From Escherichia coli (GTDB lineage: Bacteria; Pseudomonadota; Gammaproteobacteria; Enterobacterales; Enterobacteriaceae), in the NCBI RefSeq assembly GCF_009931435.1, contig NZ_CP043414.1: 64,000 nucleotides of DNA; one strand, 5' to 3'. Below the pieces are notes generated by a model. It did no database searches, had not been told where the DNA came from, and saw only the letters and a list, made by a program, of their open reading frames with translations. Position 1 is the stretch's first letter; the number at the start of each line of letters is the position of its first letter. A program made the translations under genes and the position numbers. Positions 11,315 to 22,464 of this stretch are shown here, in pieces.

Positions 11315-12112
11315 ATGTCAGCAGGACAAAGGAAGGAGCAAAAGTTGATACCCGTAGAGCGTCGCCAAATCATCCTTGAGATGGTAGCTGAAAAAGGCAT
11401 TGTCAGTATTGCTGAACTAACGGACAGAATGAATGTGTCACATATGACCATTCGTCGGGATTTACAAAAACTGGAGCAGCAGGGAGCCGTTGTGCTGGTG
11501 TCCGGAGGCGTCCAGTCTCCGGGACGCGTGGCGCATGAACCTTCTCATCAGGTAAAAACTGCGCTGGCAATGACGCAAAAAGCGGCTATTGGCAAGCTGG
11601 CGGCAAGTCTTGTTCAGCCGGGAAGTTGTATCTATCTGGATGCGGGAACGACCACGCTAGCGATAGCACAGCATCTGATTCACATGGAGTCACTGACTGT
11701 GGTCACAAACGATTTCGTTATTGCGGACTACTTGCTCGACAACAGTAATTGCACAATTATTCACACTGGCGGTGCAGTGTGTCGGGAAAACCGTTCCTGT
11801 GTCGGGGAAGCCGCTGCGACCATGCTGCGCAGCCTGATGATTGATCAGGCTTTTATTTCTGCATCGTCATGGAGTGTGCGGGGGATTTCTACGCCAGCGG
11901 AAGATAAAGTCACGGTGAAACGGGCGATTGCCAGTGCCAGCCGCCAGCGAGTTTTGGTCTGTGATGCGACGAAATATGGTCAGGTGGCGACATGGCTGGC
12001 GTTACCATTAAGCGAGTTTGATCAGATTATTACAGACGACGGTTTACCGGAGAGTGCCAGTCGCGCGCTGGCGAAGCAGGATCTCTCTTTGCTGGTAGCG
12101 AAAAATGAATAA
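11315..12112 (+). CDS. ygbI: DeoR-family transcriptional regulator (start may be the TTG at 11345)
   Basis: N-terminal HTH (SIAELTDRMNVSHMTIRRDL) and DeoR-type sugar-binding C-terminus; divergent from ygbJ. Confidence 0.85.
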   Translation: MSAGQRKEQKLIPVERRQIILEMVAEKGIVSIAELTDRMNVSHMTIRRDLQKLEQQGAVVLVSGGVQSPGRVAHEPSHQVKTALAMTQKAAIGKLAASLVQPGSCIYLDAGTTTLAIAQHLIHMESLTVVTNDFVIADYLLDNSNCTIIHTGGAVCRENRSCVGEAAATMLRSLMIDQAFISASSWSVRGISTPAEDKVTVKRAIASASRQRVLVCDATKYGQVATWLALPLSEFDQIITDDGLPESASRALAKQDLSLLVAKNE

Positions 12113-12162
12113 TGGCCTGCAATAACACCGGGTTACTCATGCTTCACAGAAGAAGCATGAGA

Positions 12163-12819
12163 CTACTTTATTTTATAAAATGACAGCCGCCCGCTTTTCG
12201 GCGATCCGGTATCAATATAAATCTGGTTTGCGAACGTCTGGATGTTATCAAACATCATATGTCCGAAGATAAAGCAGTCGGCGCCGTTTATTTCCTGTAA
12301 CTCGCCTTTGAGCGATTTCAGTACGCGATCAACAGGCCAGAGTAATTCTCTCTCCGCTATTTCTTTGCCAAACTGATATTCAGCACCAGGATAATCAGCA
12401 TGTGCAATGACATATTTTATAATGTCGTTGGTAATTTCAATAATATGCGGAAGGTGATGGAATTTCAGCAACAGATCTATTGCCTCTTGTTGCTCTGAAT
12501 CATTTAAATCGAAAAACCAGTCACCACCGCTGGCAAGCCACATATTTCCATCGCCAGTTTCGAATGCCTCAAGCGCCATCGCTTCATGGTTGCCTTTAAC
12601 GGAGATAAACCAGGGCTGGTTTAACAGGCGTAGCACGTTAAGACTCTCCGGCCCACGATCAATATTATCGCCGACAGAAATAAGTAAGTCGGTTTCAGGA
12701 CAAAAAGATAATTGGTGCAGGCGGGATTGCAATAATTGATAATCTCCATGAATGTCACCTACCACCCAGATATGGCGATAATGAGTGGTTTCAATTTTAC
12801 GATAACGAATATCTGGCAT
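12163..12819 (-). CDS. pphB: serine/threonine protein phosphatase 2
   Basis: Metallophosphatase motifs GDIHGD, GDNIDRG, GNHE; start taken at MPDIRYRK, not the longer ORF-track start. Confidence 0.85.
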   Translation of the reverse strand: MPDIRYRKIETTHYRHIWVVGDIHGDYQLLQSRLHQLSFCPETDLLISVGDNIDRGPESLNVLRLLNQPWFISVKGNHEAMALEAFETGDGNMWLASGGDWFFDLNDSEQQEAIDLLLKFHHLPHIIEITNDIIKYVIAHADYPGAEYQFGKEIAERELLWPVDRVLKSLKGELQEINGADCFIFGHMMFDNIQTFANQIYIDTGSPKSGRLSFYKIK

Positions 12820-12841
12820 TGATCGCGCTCCGTAAAAAGAA

Positions 12842-13696
12842 TTATTCCGGCTTATGAAACAGAATGGTGTTAATCTCGACATCAGTGATTGCGCCAGCTG
12901 CTTCTGCTTTATGTAACCAGTATAGCGCTTTGTCTTTATCCACACCGTTCTCATCAATGCCCCAGGCGTAAATGCGGCCTAAGGATATTTGGGCATGAGG
13001 TAAATCTTGTGCGGCAGCTTTTTCAAACCAGTATTTAGCCTGTTTAATATCAGCGGGTACACCATCGCCCGTTAAAAAGAGCGTACCATAATTATACTGA
13101 CCAATTTTGTCGCCTTTTTCTGCGGCAAACTTAAGATATGTCGCAGCCTGGAGATAATTCTTTTCCTCGGCTGCGAGGAGCCCTAAATTAGCATGTGCAA
13201 TGGGGTTTCCCTTTTGCGCCGCTTTAACGAGCCAGGATTTTGCTTTATCGATATCATGGAACTTCTCTGGACCAAACTGATAGATATTGGCACAGTTTAT
13301 CTGTGCCTGAAGATTCCCCTGTCTGGCTGATTTCTCATACCAGTGAATGGCATTCTGGTAATCCGGCGGTGTGTCTTCATCTCCCTGATGATATAAAAGC
13401 CCGACATAAAATTGCGCAATGTCATCTCCCTGACTGGCTGCCAGATTAAACCAGTAAAATGCTTTATCGCGGTTTTTAACCCCCGTTACCCCTTCCTGGT
13501 AAACAATTCCCAATCCTTTTTGCGCAGATTTATCGCCGCCTTGTGCCCTTGCGATGATATTTTTCAGGTTTTCCTGTTTGTTTTTAGAATAACGTTGTTC
13601 AGCCTGGATAAGATCATCAAGCGAGGGTTCTTTGGCACAATAACCTGTTAGAGGAAAATGCAAAATTAGTAGAGTAAATAAAATTAACTTTTTCAT
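12842..13696 (-). CDS. secreted Sel1-like repeat (SLR/TPR-like) protein
   Basis: Signal peptide MKKLILFTLLILHFPLTGYCA followed by about seven repeats of the Sel1 pattern (A-x-Y-x-L-G-x-x-Y-x-x-G…D-x-x-K-A-x-x-W…A-A-x-Q-G); no K-12 gene lies between mutS and pphB in my recollection. Confidence 0.75.
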   Translation of the reverse strand: MKKLILFTLLILHFPLTGYCAKEPSLDDLIQAEQRYSKNKQENLKNIIARAQGGDKSAQKGLGIVYQEGVTGVKNRDKAFYWFNLAASQGDDIAQFYVGLLYHQGDEDTPPDYQNAIHWYEKSARQGNLQAQINCANIYQFGPEKFHDIDKAKSWLVKAAQKGNPIAHANLGLLAAEEKNYLQAATYLKFAAEKGDKIGQYNYGTLFLTGDGVPADIKQAKYWFEKAAAQDLPHAQISLGRIYAWGIDENGVDKDKALYWLHKAEAAGAITDVEINTILFHKPE

Positions 13697-13770
13697 ACAT
13701 TCCATGAATTAATTGTTGAGTCCTGATTTTAATTATACTCCATCTGTTATTGAGCCAATAATAATTAATA

Positions 13771-13797
13771 ATCCCCGATGGGAAGGCCATCGGGGAT
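13771..13797 (-). terminator. hairpin downstream of mutS (terminator/attenuator)
   Basis: Perfect 11-bp stem atccccgatgg/ccatcggggat followed on the minus strand by an AT-rich tract. Confidence 0.5.
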
Positions 13798-13804
13798 TAT
13801 GCCA

Positions 13805-16366
13805 TTACAGCAAACTCTTCAAGCGGTAAATCCACTCCAGCGCCTGACGCGGGGTAAGTGAATCCGGGTCGAGATTTTCCAGTGCTTCGACCGCTGGCGA
13901 GGTTTCTTCCGGTACTGACAGCAAAGACATTTGCGTACCATCCACTTGCGTAGCGGCGGCGTTCGGCGAAATGCTTTCCAGTTCACGCAGTTTTTGCCGT
14001 GCGCGCTTAATCACCTCTTTTGGCACGCCCGCCAGAGCAGCAACCGCCAGGCCGTAGCTTTTGCTCGCCGCGCCATCCTGCACACTGTGCATAAAGGCAA
14101 TGGTATCGCCGTGCTCCAGCGCATCAAGATGCACGTTGGCGACGCCTTCCATTTTCTCCGGCAGTTGAGTCAGTTCAAAGTAGTGGGTAGCAAACAACGT
14201 CAACGCTTTAATCTTATTCGCCAGATTTTCAGCGCACGCCCATGCCAGCGACAGACCATCGTAAGTGGACGTTCCGCGCCCAATCTCATCCATCAACACC
14301 AGGCTGTACTCCGTGGCGTTATGCAGAATATTAGCGGTTTCGGTCATCTCCACCATAAAGGTTGAACGCCCGGATGCCAGATCGTCAGCCGCGCCCACAC
14401 GGGTAAAGATACGGTCAATCGGGCCAATCTCGACTTTTTGCGCCGGTACGTAGCTGCCGATATAGGCCATCAGCGCAATCAGTGCAGTCTGGCGCATATA
14501 GGTACTTTTACCGCCCATGTTCGGACCGGTGATGATCAACATGCGACGCTGCGGCGACAGGTTCAGCGGGTTAGCGATAAACGGCTCATTCAGTACCTGT
14601 TCAACCACCGGATGGCGACCTTCGGTAATGCGAATGCCCGGTTTATCAATGAAGGTCGGGCAGGTGTAGTTCAGGGTATAGGCCCGTTCCGCCAGGTTCA
14701 CCAGTACGTCGAGTTCTGCCAGTGCGCTCGCGCTCTGTTGCAACGCCTCCAGATGCGGCAACAGCAGGTCGAACAACTCTTCATAAAGCTGTTTTTCGAG
14801 TGCCAGTGCTTTACCTTTCGAGGTGAGTACTTTGTCTTCATACTCTTTTAGCTCTGGAATAATGTAGCGTTCGGCGTTTTTCAGCGTCTGACGACGCATA
14901 TAGTTGATGGGTGCCAGATGGCTTTGTCCACGGCTGATCTGAATGTAATAACCATGCACCGCGTTAAAGCCGACTTTCAGCGTGTCCAGGCCGGTACGTT
15001 CACGCTCGCGAACTTCCAGACGCTCCAGATAATCTGTCGCGCCGTCAGCCAGCGCTCGCCACTCATCCAGCTCTTCGTTATAGCCTGATGCGATAACACC
15101 ACCGTCGCGTACCAGCACCGGCGGTGTGTCGATGATTGCTCGCTCCAGCAGATCGCGCAGCTCGGCAAACTCGCCCATTTTCTCACGCAGCGCCTGTACC
15201 GGTGCACTATCGACACTTTCTAACTGCGCGCGTAGTTCTGGCAGTTGCTGGAAAGCGTGACGCATACGGGCCAGATCGCGTGGGCGAGCAGTCCGTAAAG
15301 CCAGACGTGCCAGAATACGTTCCAGGTCGCCGACCTGACGCAGTACCGGCTGCAGCTCAGCGGTGAAATCCTGCAATGCGCCAATAGTTTGCTGGCGCTC
15401 AAGCAACACGCGGGTATCGCGCACTGGCATATGCAGCCAGCGTTTCAGCATTCGACTCCCCATCGGCGTTACAGTGCAGTCGAGCACGGAAGCCAGCGTG
15501 TTTTCCGCACCGCCCGCCAGGTTCTGGGTAATTTCCAGGTTACGACGCGTCGCGGCATCCATAATGATGCTGTCCTGCTCACGTTCCATAGTGATAGAAC
15601 GAATATGCGGCAGTGTCGTACGTTGCGTATCTTTCGCATACTGCAACAGACAACCGGCGGCACAAAGTCCGCGCGGCGCGTTCTCGACGCCAAAACCGAC
15701 CAGATCGCGAGTGCCAAATTGTAGATTCAACTGCTGGCGCGCGGTGTCGATTTCAAACTCCCACAGCGGACGACGGCGCAAGCCGCGACGACCTTCAATC
15801 AGCGACATTTCAGCAAAATCTTCTGCATACAGCAGTTCCGCCGGATTAGTGCGTTGCAGTTCTGCCGCCATCGTTTCGCGGTCAGCCGGTTCACTCAGGC
15901 GAAAACGACCAGAACTGATATCCAGCGTCGCATAGCCGAATCCTTTGCTGTCCTGCCAGATAGCAGCCAGCAGGTTGTCCTGACGTTCCTGCAATAGCGC
16001 TTCATCGCTGATGGTGCCCGGCGTAACGATACGCACAACTTTGCGCTCGACCGGCCCTTTGCTGGTCGCCGGATCGCCAATCTGTTCACAAATAGCAACG
16101 GACTCGCCCTGATTCACCAGTTTGGCGAGATAGTTTTCCACCGCATGGTAGGGAATCCCCGCCATCGGGATCGGCTCTCCCGCTGAAGCGCCGCGTTTGG
16201 TCAGTGAAATATCCAGCAGTTGTGACGCACGTTTTGCGTCGTCATAAAACAGTTCGTAAAAGTCACCCATCCGGTAGAACAGCAGGATCTCGGGATGCTG
16301 GGCTTTCAGCTTGAGATACTGCTGCATCATTGGCGTATGGGCGTCAAAATTTTCTATTGCACTCAT
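13805..16366 (-). CDS. mutS: DNA mismatch repair protein MutS
   Basis: 853-aa ORF with Walker [10 protein letters not shown] and full MutS architecture. Confidence 0.97.
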   Translation of the reverse strand: MSAIENFDAHTPMMQQYLKLKAQHPEILLFYRMGDFYELFYDDAKRASQLLDISLTKRGASAGEPIPMAGIPYHAVENYLAKLVNQGESVAICEQIGDPATSKGPVERKVVRIVTPGTISDEALLQERQDNLLAAIWQDSKGFGYATLDISSGRFRLSEPADRETMAAELQRTNPAELLYAEDFAEMSLIEGRRGLRRRPLWEFEIDTARQQLNLQFGTRDLVGFGVENAPRGLCAAGCLLQYAKDTQRTTLPHIRSITMEREQDSIIMDAATRRNLEITQNLAGGAENTLASVLDCTVTPMGSRMLKRWLHMPVRDTRVLLERQQTIGALQDFTAELQPVLRQVGDLERILARLALRTARPRDLARMRHAFQQLPELRAQLESVDSAPVQALREKMGEFAELRDLLERAIIDTPPVLVRDGGVIASGYNEELDEWRALADGATDYLERLEVRERERTGLDTLKVGFNAVHGYYIQISRGQSHLAPINYMRRQTLKNAERYIIPELKEYEDKVLTSKGKALALEKQLYEELFDLLLPHLEALQQSASALAELDVLVNLAERAYTLNYTCPTFIDKPGIRITEGRHPVVEQVLNEPFIANPLNLSPQRRMLIITGPNMGGKSTYMRQTALIALMAYIGSYVPAQKVEIGPIDRIFTRVGAADDLASGRSTFMVEMTETANILHNATEYSLVLMDEIGRGTSTYDGLSLAWACAENLANKIKALTLFATHYFELTQLPEKMEGVANVHLDALEHGDTIAFMHSVQDGAASKSYGLAVAALAGVPKEVIKRARQKLRELESISPNAAATQVDGTQMSLLSVPEETSPAVEALENLDPDSLTPRQALEWIYRLKSLL

Positions 16367-16652
16367 GGGGTTATGTCCGGTTCCCTGATATTAAATGGGG
16401 TGTGATGGTTTTTATTTTCGTTGTAATCACATAAGGCGCACATGATACCGGAGTTAATCATTTCAGGGGAAGAAGCGAACGGCGAGTTCTTGATGGTGAT
16501 TCCGGGAAAGATGCTGTTTTGCAGCTTTTGCGTGATGCTTATGAAGCAAGTACGCAAAATTGTATCAGTTGGCGAACCCTTCTTCTTCAGAGCCATAGTC
16601 CCCTTTCAAATTAAGTTGTAATATAAATACATCTTAATGAGGTGGAGGCAGC

Positions 16653-17006
16653 ATGTCCGGCAAGCGTATCTCTCGTGAAAAATTGACGATTAAAAAAATG
16701 ATCGATCTTTATCAAGCGAAATGCCCGCAGGCGTCAGCGGAGCCGGCGCATTACGAGGCATTGTTTGCTTATGCGCAAAAACGGCTGGATAAATGTGTGT
16801 TCGGCGAAGACAAACCCGCCTGTAAGCAGTGTCCGGTGCACTGTTACCAGTCTGCAAAGCGTGAAGAGATGAAACAGATTATGCGTTGGGCCGGGCCGCG
16901 CATGCTGTGGCGTCATCCGATCCTAACCGTACGCCATCTCATTGATGACAAGCGTCCGGTGCCGGAGTTGCCAGAAAAATATCGCCCGAAAAAACCTCGT
17001 GAATAG
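16653..17006 (+). CDS. ygbA: YgbA (nitrosative-stress-induced protein)
   Basis: 117-aa ORF between mutS and fhlA, the conserved position. Confidence 0.8.
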   Translation: MSGKRISREKLTIKKMIDLYQAKCPQASAEPAHYEALFAYAQKRLDKCVFGEDKPACKQCPVHCYQSAKREEMKQIMRWAGPRMLWRHPILTVRHLIDDKRPVPELPEKYRPKKPRE

Positions 17007-17045
17007 TATACCGGACAGGCAGATCTGTCCGGCACCTCAATGCAG

Positions 17046-19124
17046 TTAAACCAATGCCGATTTATCAATCCCCAGTCGTTTCATCCGTGATAGCAGTGTG
17101 GTGCGTTTTAGTCCCAGACGTTGCGCCGCGCCTTTCGGCCCGGCAACCACGCCGTTAGTCTCTTTTAATACACGCACAATTAGCTGATATTCATCTTCGC
17201 CCTCCTGAGCGACGACCGTTGCAGTCGGCGGCGTTTTAGGTTCCGGTAAAGCAATATCAGGCAATGACAGCTGCAGCACGTTGCCACGTGTCAGCAATAC
17301 CGCGCGCTCAATGACGTTTTCCAGCTCGCGTACGTTACCCGGCCACTCCATATTGCTCAACGCGCGCAACGTTTCGGCAGGAATGCTGTCGATATTACGC
17401 CCCAGACGGCGGGCAATTTTAAAAGTAAAGGCTTTTGCCAGCAGCGGAATATCTTCCGGACGCTCGCGTAGTGGCGGCAGGTGGATCGGGAATACGTTCA
17501 GGCGATAATAGAGATCGCTACGGAACTCGCGGTCGGCAACCATTTTTTTCAGATCGCGGTTAGTCGCGGCAATTAAACGCACGTCCGTCTGTATAATTTT
17601 ATTACTGCCGAGACGTTCAAACTCCTGTTCCTGTAATACACGCAGCAACTTCGGTTGTAACTCCAGCGGCATATCACCCACTTCATCGAGGAACAGGGAG
17701 CTTTTATCCGCCAGTTCAAAACGACCGATACGCTGGGCGCTGGCTCCGGTAAACGCACCACGCTCATGACCAAACAGATCGCTTTCCAACAATCCGGCAG
17801 GCATCGCCGCGCAGTTCATTTTTACCATGCGGCGATTATTACGCCCACTGAGATTATGGATCGCGCGGGCAATCAGCTCTTTACCAGTGCCAGTTTCACC
17901 GAGAATCAGCACGGTACTGTCACTTTGTGCCACCATTTCAACTTGTTTAAGCACGCTGTACATGGCTTCACTGCGACCAATAATCTCGCCAAATTCACTA
18001 TCAACATTGTTGAGCTGCTCGGTCAGGGCGAGATTTTCATCAACCAGTCGTTCTTTCAGACGATGAATTTCCTGATAGGCAAGGGCGTTATCGACAGCGA
18101 TTGCCACACGTTCGGCAATCTGGCGCAGTAAATTCAGATTGGTCGTGGTAAACACTTTCTCTTCGCATTGCGCCAGTTTCAGCACGCCCAGCATGGTGTC
18201 GCCAGACATCAGCGGTAACAGGCACAAGGTTTGAATCTGGTTGCCCCAGGTGTCGAACAACATGCGTTCGTAGGGGGCTAAATTATCTCGCTCGTGGAGA
18301 TTAATCAGCAGCATCTCTTTGCTTTTAAACACGCGTTCGGTGAGGGTTCCAGCTTCATCGACTTCGCTCTGTTCGTGAGCGGGATGCTGTTTATCAAGAT
18401 AGTGAGTGGAGTAGATGTTGAGTTTGTTTTTACGGTGGCTGCGTAAGACGATGCTGATATCGTCAATGTCGAAATAGTAATGGATTTCTTTGGCGACTTC
18501 GCTGACCAGTTCGTCCATATCCAGGCGAGAAAGCACCGCGTTGGTGATGGCAACCAGGATGCGGAAGTTATCGCGTTCCCGGCATAACAACTCATAGTCG
18601 ACATTATTGACGACGCGGCTCTGGATTTGTTCGGTGACGACAGAAATGATCTGCGTAAAAGTTTGCAGGCGATTGAACTCTTTTTCACTCCACGGGCGAT
18701 CGTCATAACGAATAAATTCACAGCCACCAAAAATATGCCCTTCCGCCGCCAGTGGCATCAGGCAATAGTGACCAAATTTGGGGTATAGCCCACCAGCGGC
18801 CAGCTGCGGCCAGGTTTCACAAAATTCTTCGTAACTGCAATGTAGTGTATCAGGGCGCGACAAAATGCTGCGCACTGGACCGTGTGCCAGAACAGTTTCG
18901 TCTTCATAATTTATGGGGGTGTCTTTTTCACGCGACGCGTAATAAGACGCACGTTGAGTCTGCGCTTGCCACAACACAATAGCTGCATTGTCGGCGAGCG
19001 CAGAACGCTTTACCAATTGCGAAAGAGCCTCACACAGCGAGGCCAGATCGGGCTGCTGCAATAGTGTCCGAGTGATGTCGAACAACCCTTGTTGTCCGAG
19101 ATCACTCATCGGTGTATATGACAT
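17046..19124 (-). CDS. fhlA: formate hydrogenlyase transcriptional activator FhlA (sigma54-dependent)
   Basis: Start taken at MSYTPMSDLGQQ; central AAA+ sigma54-interaction domain ([14 protein letters not shown]), C-terminal HTH. Confidence 0.95.
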   Translation of the reverse strand: MSYTPMSDLGQQGLFDITRTLLQQPDLASLCEALSQLVKRSALADNAAIVLWQAQTQRASYYASREKDTPINYEDETVLAHGPVRSILSRPDTLHCSYEEFCETWPQLAAGGLYPKFGHYCLMPLAAEGHIFGGCEFIRYDDRPWSEKEFNRLQTFTQIISVVTEQIQSRVVNNVDYELLCRERDNFRILVAITNAVLSRLDMDELVSEVAKEIHYYFDIDDISIVLRSHRKNKLNIYSTHYLDKQHPAHEQSEVDEAGTLTERVFKSKEMLLINLHERDNLAPYERMLFDTWGNQIQTLCLLPLMSGDTMLGVLKLAQCEEKVFTTTNLNLLRQIAERVAIAVDNALAYQEIHRLKERLVDENLALTEQLNNVDSEFGEIIGRSEAMYSVLKQVEMVAQSDSTVLILGETGTGKELIARAIHNLSGRNNRRMVKMNCAAMPAGLLESDLFGHERGAFTGASAQRIGRFELADKSSLFLDEVGDMPLELQPKLLRVLQEQEFERLGSNKIIQTDVRLIAATNRDLKKMVADREFRSDLYYRLNVFPIHLPPLRERPEDIPLLAKAFTFKIARRLGRNIDSIPAETLRALSNMEWPGNVRELENVIERAVLLTRGNVLQLSLPDIALPEPKTPPTATVVAQEGEDEYQLIVRVLKETNGVVAGPKGAAQRLGLKRTTLLSRMKRLGIDKSALV

Positions 19125-19197
19125 TTTGTTCTTCCAGGAAAGCACCGCAAAGCGGTGCAAAAGGTCATTGACTAACTATAGGAGATTTAGAATTTTA

Positions 19198-20208
19198 TTA
19201 GCATATACGCGGAAGCGGTTCGGCGTGTGGTAAATCGAGGGTTCGTTTCACGCCATACAGACCGGCAAGACGAACACCTTTACGTTCCACCACTTCACCA
19301 ATCAGCGCCGCGTCTTTCCCCAGTGGATGGGAATGTAACGCCGCCAGCACTTGCTCTGCTGCGTTGCGTTCAACGGCGATCACCAGTTTGCCTTCGTTGG
19401 CAAAGTTAAGGGCGTCCAGCCCCAGCAGTTCGCAAACGCCGCGCACGGCAGGTTTAACCGGCAGTGCCGCTTCTGAAATTTCAATACCACAACCGCAGGC
19501 TGCCGCGAACTCATGAACTACCGCGTTCACTCCACCACGGGTGGCGTCACGCAGTGCCTTCACACCGGGAATATCACGCAGCGTCTGGATGAGCGGCGTC
19601 AGCACTGCGCAGTCGCTGACCAGTTCGCCATCCAGCCCCAGTTGCTCGCGCAGATTAAGAATAGTTGCTCCGTGGTCGCCGAGAGTTCCACTCACCAGCA
19701 GAACATCGCCTGCGGTTAGCGTCTGTGCGCCCCAGTGAATATTCGCCGGGATCGCGCCCATGCCAGCGGTGTTGATAAACAGTTTATCTGCCGCGCCGCG
19801 TTGCACCACTTTAGTGTCGCCAGTAACGATGGCAATGCCTGCCGCGCGGGCGGTTTCTGCCATGCTGGTCACCACGGCTTTTAGCGTCTCCATCGGCAAT
19901 CCCTCTTCGAGGATAAAGCCACAAGAGAGATAGCGCGGAATAGCGCCACTGACCGCAACGTCATTCGCGGTGCCACAAATCGCCAACTTGCCAATATTGC
20001 CACCAGGAAAGAACAGCGGGTCGATGACGTAGCTGTCGGTGGAGAACGCCAGACGGTCGCCTTCTGCCACCAGCTGCGCCAGCTCAAGGCGCGCCTGGTC
20101 TTCCTGTTCTGCCAGCCACGGATTGGCAAAAGCTTCCATAAACAGGCTGTTGATTAATTGCTGCATCGCCTGGCCGCCGCTGCCGTGGGCGAGTTGGATA
20201 TTATTCAC
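19198..20208 (-). CDS. hypE: hydrogenase maturation carbamoyl dehydratase HypE
   Basis: 336-aa ORF, AIR-synthase-like; hypA-E order. Confidence 0.9.
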   Translation of the reverse strand: MNNIQLAHGSGGQAMQQLINSLFMEAFANPWLAEQEDQARLELAQLVAEGDRLAFSTDSYVIDPLFFPGGNIGKLAICGTANDVAVSGAIPRYLSCGFILEEGLPMETLKAVVTSMAETARAAGIAIVTGDTKVVQRGAADKLFINTAGMGAIPANIHWGAQTLTAGDVLLVSGTLGDHGATILNLREQLGLDGELVSDCAVLTPLIQTLRDIPGVKALRDATRGGVNAVVHEFAAACGCGIEISEAALPVKPAVRGVCELLGLDALNFANEGKLVIAVERNAAEQVLAALHSHPLGKDAALIGEVVERKGVRLAGLYGVKRTLDLPHAEPLPRIC

Positions 20209-21326
20209 GCTTCACTCTCCTGCTGACGATACTGATACCACGCGGCGCATGCTCCCTCGGAGGAAACCATCAGCGCGCCAAACGCGGTTTGAGGATTACA
20301 GGTGTTACCAAACAGCGGGCATTGATGCGGCTTACATTTGCCCGTCAATACTTCGCCACAACGTGCGCGCGGGTCATCGCAAACCTGCTGCGGTGCCGGG
20401 CGGAAATGCGCTTCGGCGTCAAATCGTTGATAGTCTGGCGTCAGGTGTACACCAGAAGATTCAATCACGCCTAAGCCGCGCCATTCGCTGTCGCCGTTGA
20501 CGCAGAAGACATCCGCAATCGCCTGTTGCGCCAGCAGGTTACCGGCATCCGGCACCACGCGCCGATACTGATTTTCTACCTTGCTGTGGGCCGCTATTTT
20601 CTGCTCCACCAGCATGACCACACCTTGTAGTAGATCAAGCGGTTCGAATCCAGCAACCACCAGAGGACGATGAAAATCACTGGCGATAAAATTATAGGCG
20701 TCGGTGCCGATAACCATACTGACGTGGCCCGGCGCGAGGAACGCATCGATACCGTTATCCGGCTGTTCCAGCAAACTGCGTAGCGTTGGGATCAGCGTAA
20801 TATGCTGGCAGAAAAAGTAAAAATTTTGCACATCGCGGGCTTTCGCCTGTTGCAGAGTGATGGCCGTCGTCGGCATGGTGGTTTCAAACCCTAAGCCGAA
20901 GAACACCACTTTACGAGTTGGATTCTCCTGCGCCAGTTTCAACGCATCCATTGGCGAGTAAACGATGCGAACATCGGCACCGCGCGCTTTTGCCTGTAAC
21001 AGCGACCCTTGTTTCCCTGGTACGCGCATGGCGTCGCCAAAGGTACAGAAGATGACTTCCGGATGGCTGGCAATCTCCACGCAGGTGTCGATTCTTCCCA
21101 TCGGCAGTACACATACCGGGCAACCCGGACCGTGGATAAACTCAACGTTTTCCGGCAGTAACTGGTCGAGGCCGAATTTAAAAATGGCGTGGGTATGACC
21201 GCCGCACACTTCCATAATCCGCAGAGGGCGTTCAGCGGTGTAAGAGAGATGTGAAGCACGTTCGCGTAGATGCTCAATTAACTGCATCACCTGTTCCGGC
21301 GCGCGATATTCATCAACAAAACGCAT
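20205..21326 (-). CDS. hypD: hydrogenase maturation factor HypD
   Basis: 373-aa ORF with conserved Cys motifs; overlaps hypE start. Confidence 0.9.
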   Translation of the reverse strand: MRFVDEYRAPEQVMQLIEHLRERASHLSYTAERPLRIMEVCGGHTHAIFKFGLDQLLPENVEFIHGPGCPVCVLPMGRIDTCVEIASHPEVIFCTFGDAMRVPGKQGSLLQAKARGADVRIVYSPMDALKLAQENPTRKVVFFGLGFETTMPTTAITLQQAKARDVQNFYFFCQHITLIPTLRSLLEQPDNGIDAFLAPGHVSMVIGTDAYNFIASDFHRPLVVAGFEPLDLLQGVVMLVEQKIAAHSKVENQYRRVVPDAGNLLAQQAIADVFCVNGDSEWRGLGVIESSGVHLTPDYQRFDAEAHFRPAPQQVCDDPRARCGEVLTGKCKPHQCPLFGNTCNPQTAFGALMVSSEGACAAWYQYRQQESEA

Positions 21327-21598
21327 TATTTTTCCTCGCCATACAACAGCGCGCCGACATCCGGCTCAACGTCAAACATGTTTTGTAAGGCGTCGAGGGT
21401 GTCGCGCGCTTCGGCTTCATTAATTACGCTCATGGCAAAGCCAACGTGAACCAGTACCCACTGGCCCACGCGTGGCTGACCGTTTTCATCGCAGCTGCCG
21501 ACTAACGTTAGGTCGACGTCGCGTTGAATACCGCAGACGTCGACTTTCGCCTGGTTGCCGTCAATGGTGCGGATCTGGCCGGGAACGCCTATGCACAT
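21326..21598 (-). CDS. hypC: hydrogenase maturation chaperone HypC
   Basis: Start taken at MCIGVPGQ, the HypC/HupF N-terminal signature. Confidence 0.9.
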   Translation of the reverse strand: MCIGVPGQIRTIDGNQAKVDVCGIQRDVDLTLVGSCDENGQPRVGQWVLVHVGFAMSVINEAEARDTLDALQNMFDVEPDVGALLYGEEK

Positions 21599-22461
21599 CG
21601 CTGTGTCTCCAGCCAGTTCAGCCACTGGTCCATCCCTTCGCCGCTGGTGGCGGAAATAAGGATGATTTCAATTTCTGGATTGACTTCGCGGGCGCAGGCG
21701 ATGCACTTCTCAACGTCGAAATTGAGATACGGCAGCAGGTCAACTTTGTTGAGCAGCATCAGCGAGGCGGCGGCAAACATATGTGGATATTTCAGCGGTT
21801 TGTCTTCACCTTCGGTAACGGAAAGCACCGCCACTTTGTGTTTTTCACCGAGATCGAAGCTCGCCGGACATACGAGGTTGCCAACGTTTTCGATAAACAG
21901 AATACCGTTATCGTCCAGTGGCAGGCGCGGTGCGGCGTCGGCAATCATCTGTGCGTCAAGATGGCAGCCTTTACCGGTATTCACCTGAATCGCTGGTGTG
22001 CCGGTAGCGCGAATGCGTGCGGCATCGTTCACGGTTTGCTGGTCACCTTCAATAACTGCGCACGGAACGCTGTCTTTCAGGCGCATCAAGGTTTCCGTCA
22101 GCAGGGTGGTTTTACCGGAACCAGGGCTGGAAACCAGGTTGAGCACCAGTTGCTTACGGGCAGCAAAGCGCGCGCGGTTGCGTTCAGCCAGACGGTTGTT
22201 TTTGTCCAGCACGTCAATTTCGACTTCCAGCATCCGACGCTGGCTCATGCCCGGCGCGTGAGTGCCCGCTTCGCCATGACCGTAATGCAGGTCGCCTTCT
22301 TCAGTCTGGCTGGGGGTAAATTCAGGCGCTTTAATGCCGGTGATTTTCATCTTCGGGCGTGCCGCCGGGGCAAATGGCGCGCTACGAAACGCGGAATGAG
22401 GGTTATGTTCATCACCCTCGATATACAGGTTGCCTTCACCGCAACCGCATGTTGTACACAT
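21589..22461 (-). CDS. hypB: hydrogenase nickel incorporation GTPase HypB
   Basis: 290-aa ORF with N-terminal CxxCGC metal site, His-rich stretch and GTPase P-loop. Confidence 0.9.
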   Translation of the reverse strand: MCTTCGCGEGNLYIEGDEHNPHSAFRSAPFAPAARPKMKITGIKAPEFTPSQTEEGDLHYGHGEAGTHAPGMSQRRMLEVEIDVLDKNNRLAERNRARFAARKQLVLNLVSSPGSGKTTLLTETLMRLKDSVPCAVIEGDQQTVNDAARIRATGTPAIQVNTGKGCHLDAQMIADAAPRLPLDDNGILFIENVGNLVCPASFDLGEKHKVAVLSVTEGEDKPLKYPHMFAAASLMLLNKVDLLPYLNFDVEKCIACAREVNPEIEIILISATSGEGMDQWLNWLETQRCA

Positions 22462-22464
22462 CGC

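Noticed and set aside
17046-19160. N-terminally extended starts offered by the ORF track for fhlA, and likewise for pphB, hypC, hypA, hycE, ascB, ascG, hydN, hypF, mltB and recA
   Set aside because: The extensions lack conserved sequence and the internal Met matches the known N-terminus of each protein family, so I used the downstream start in each case.
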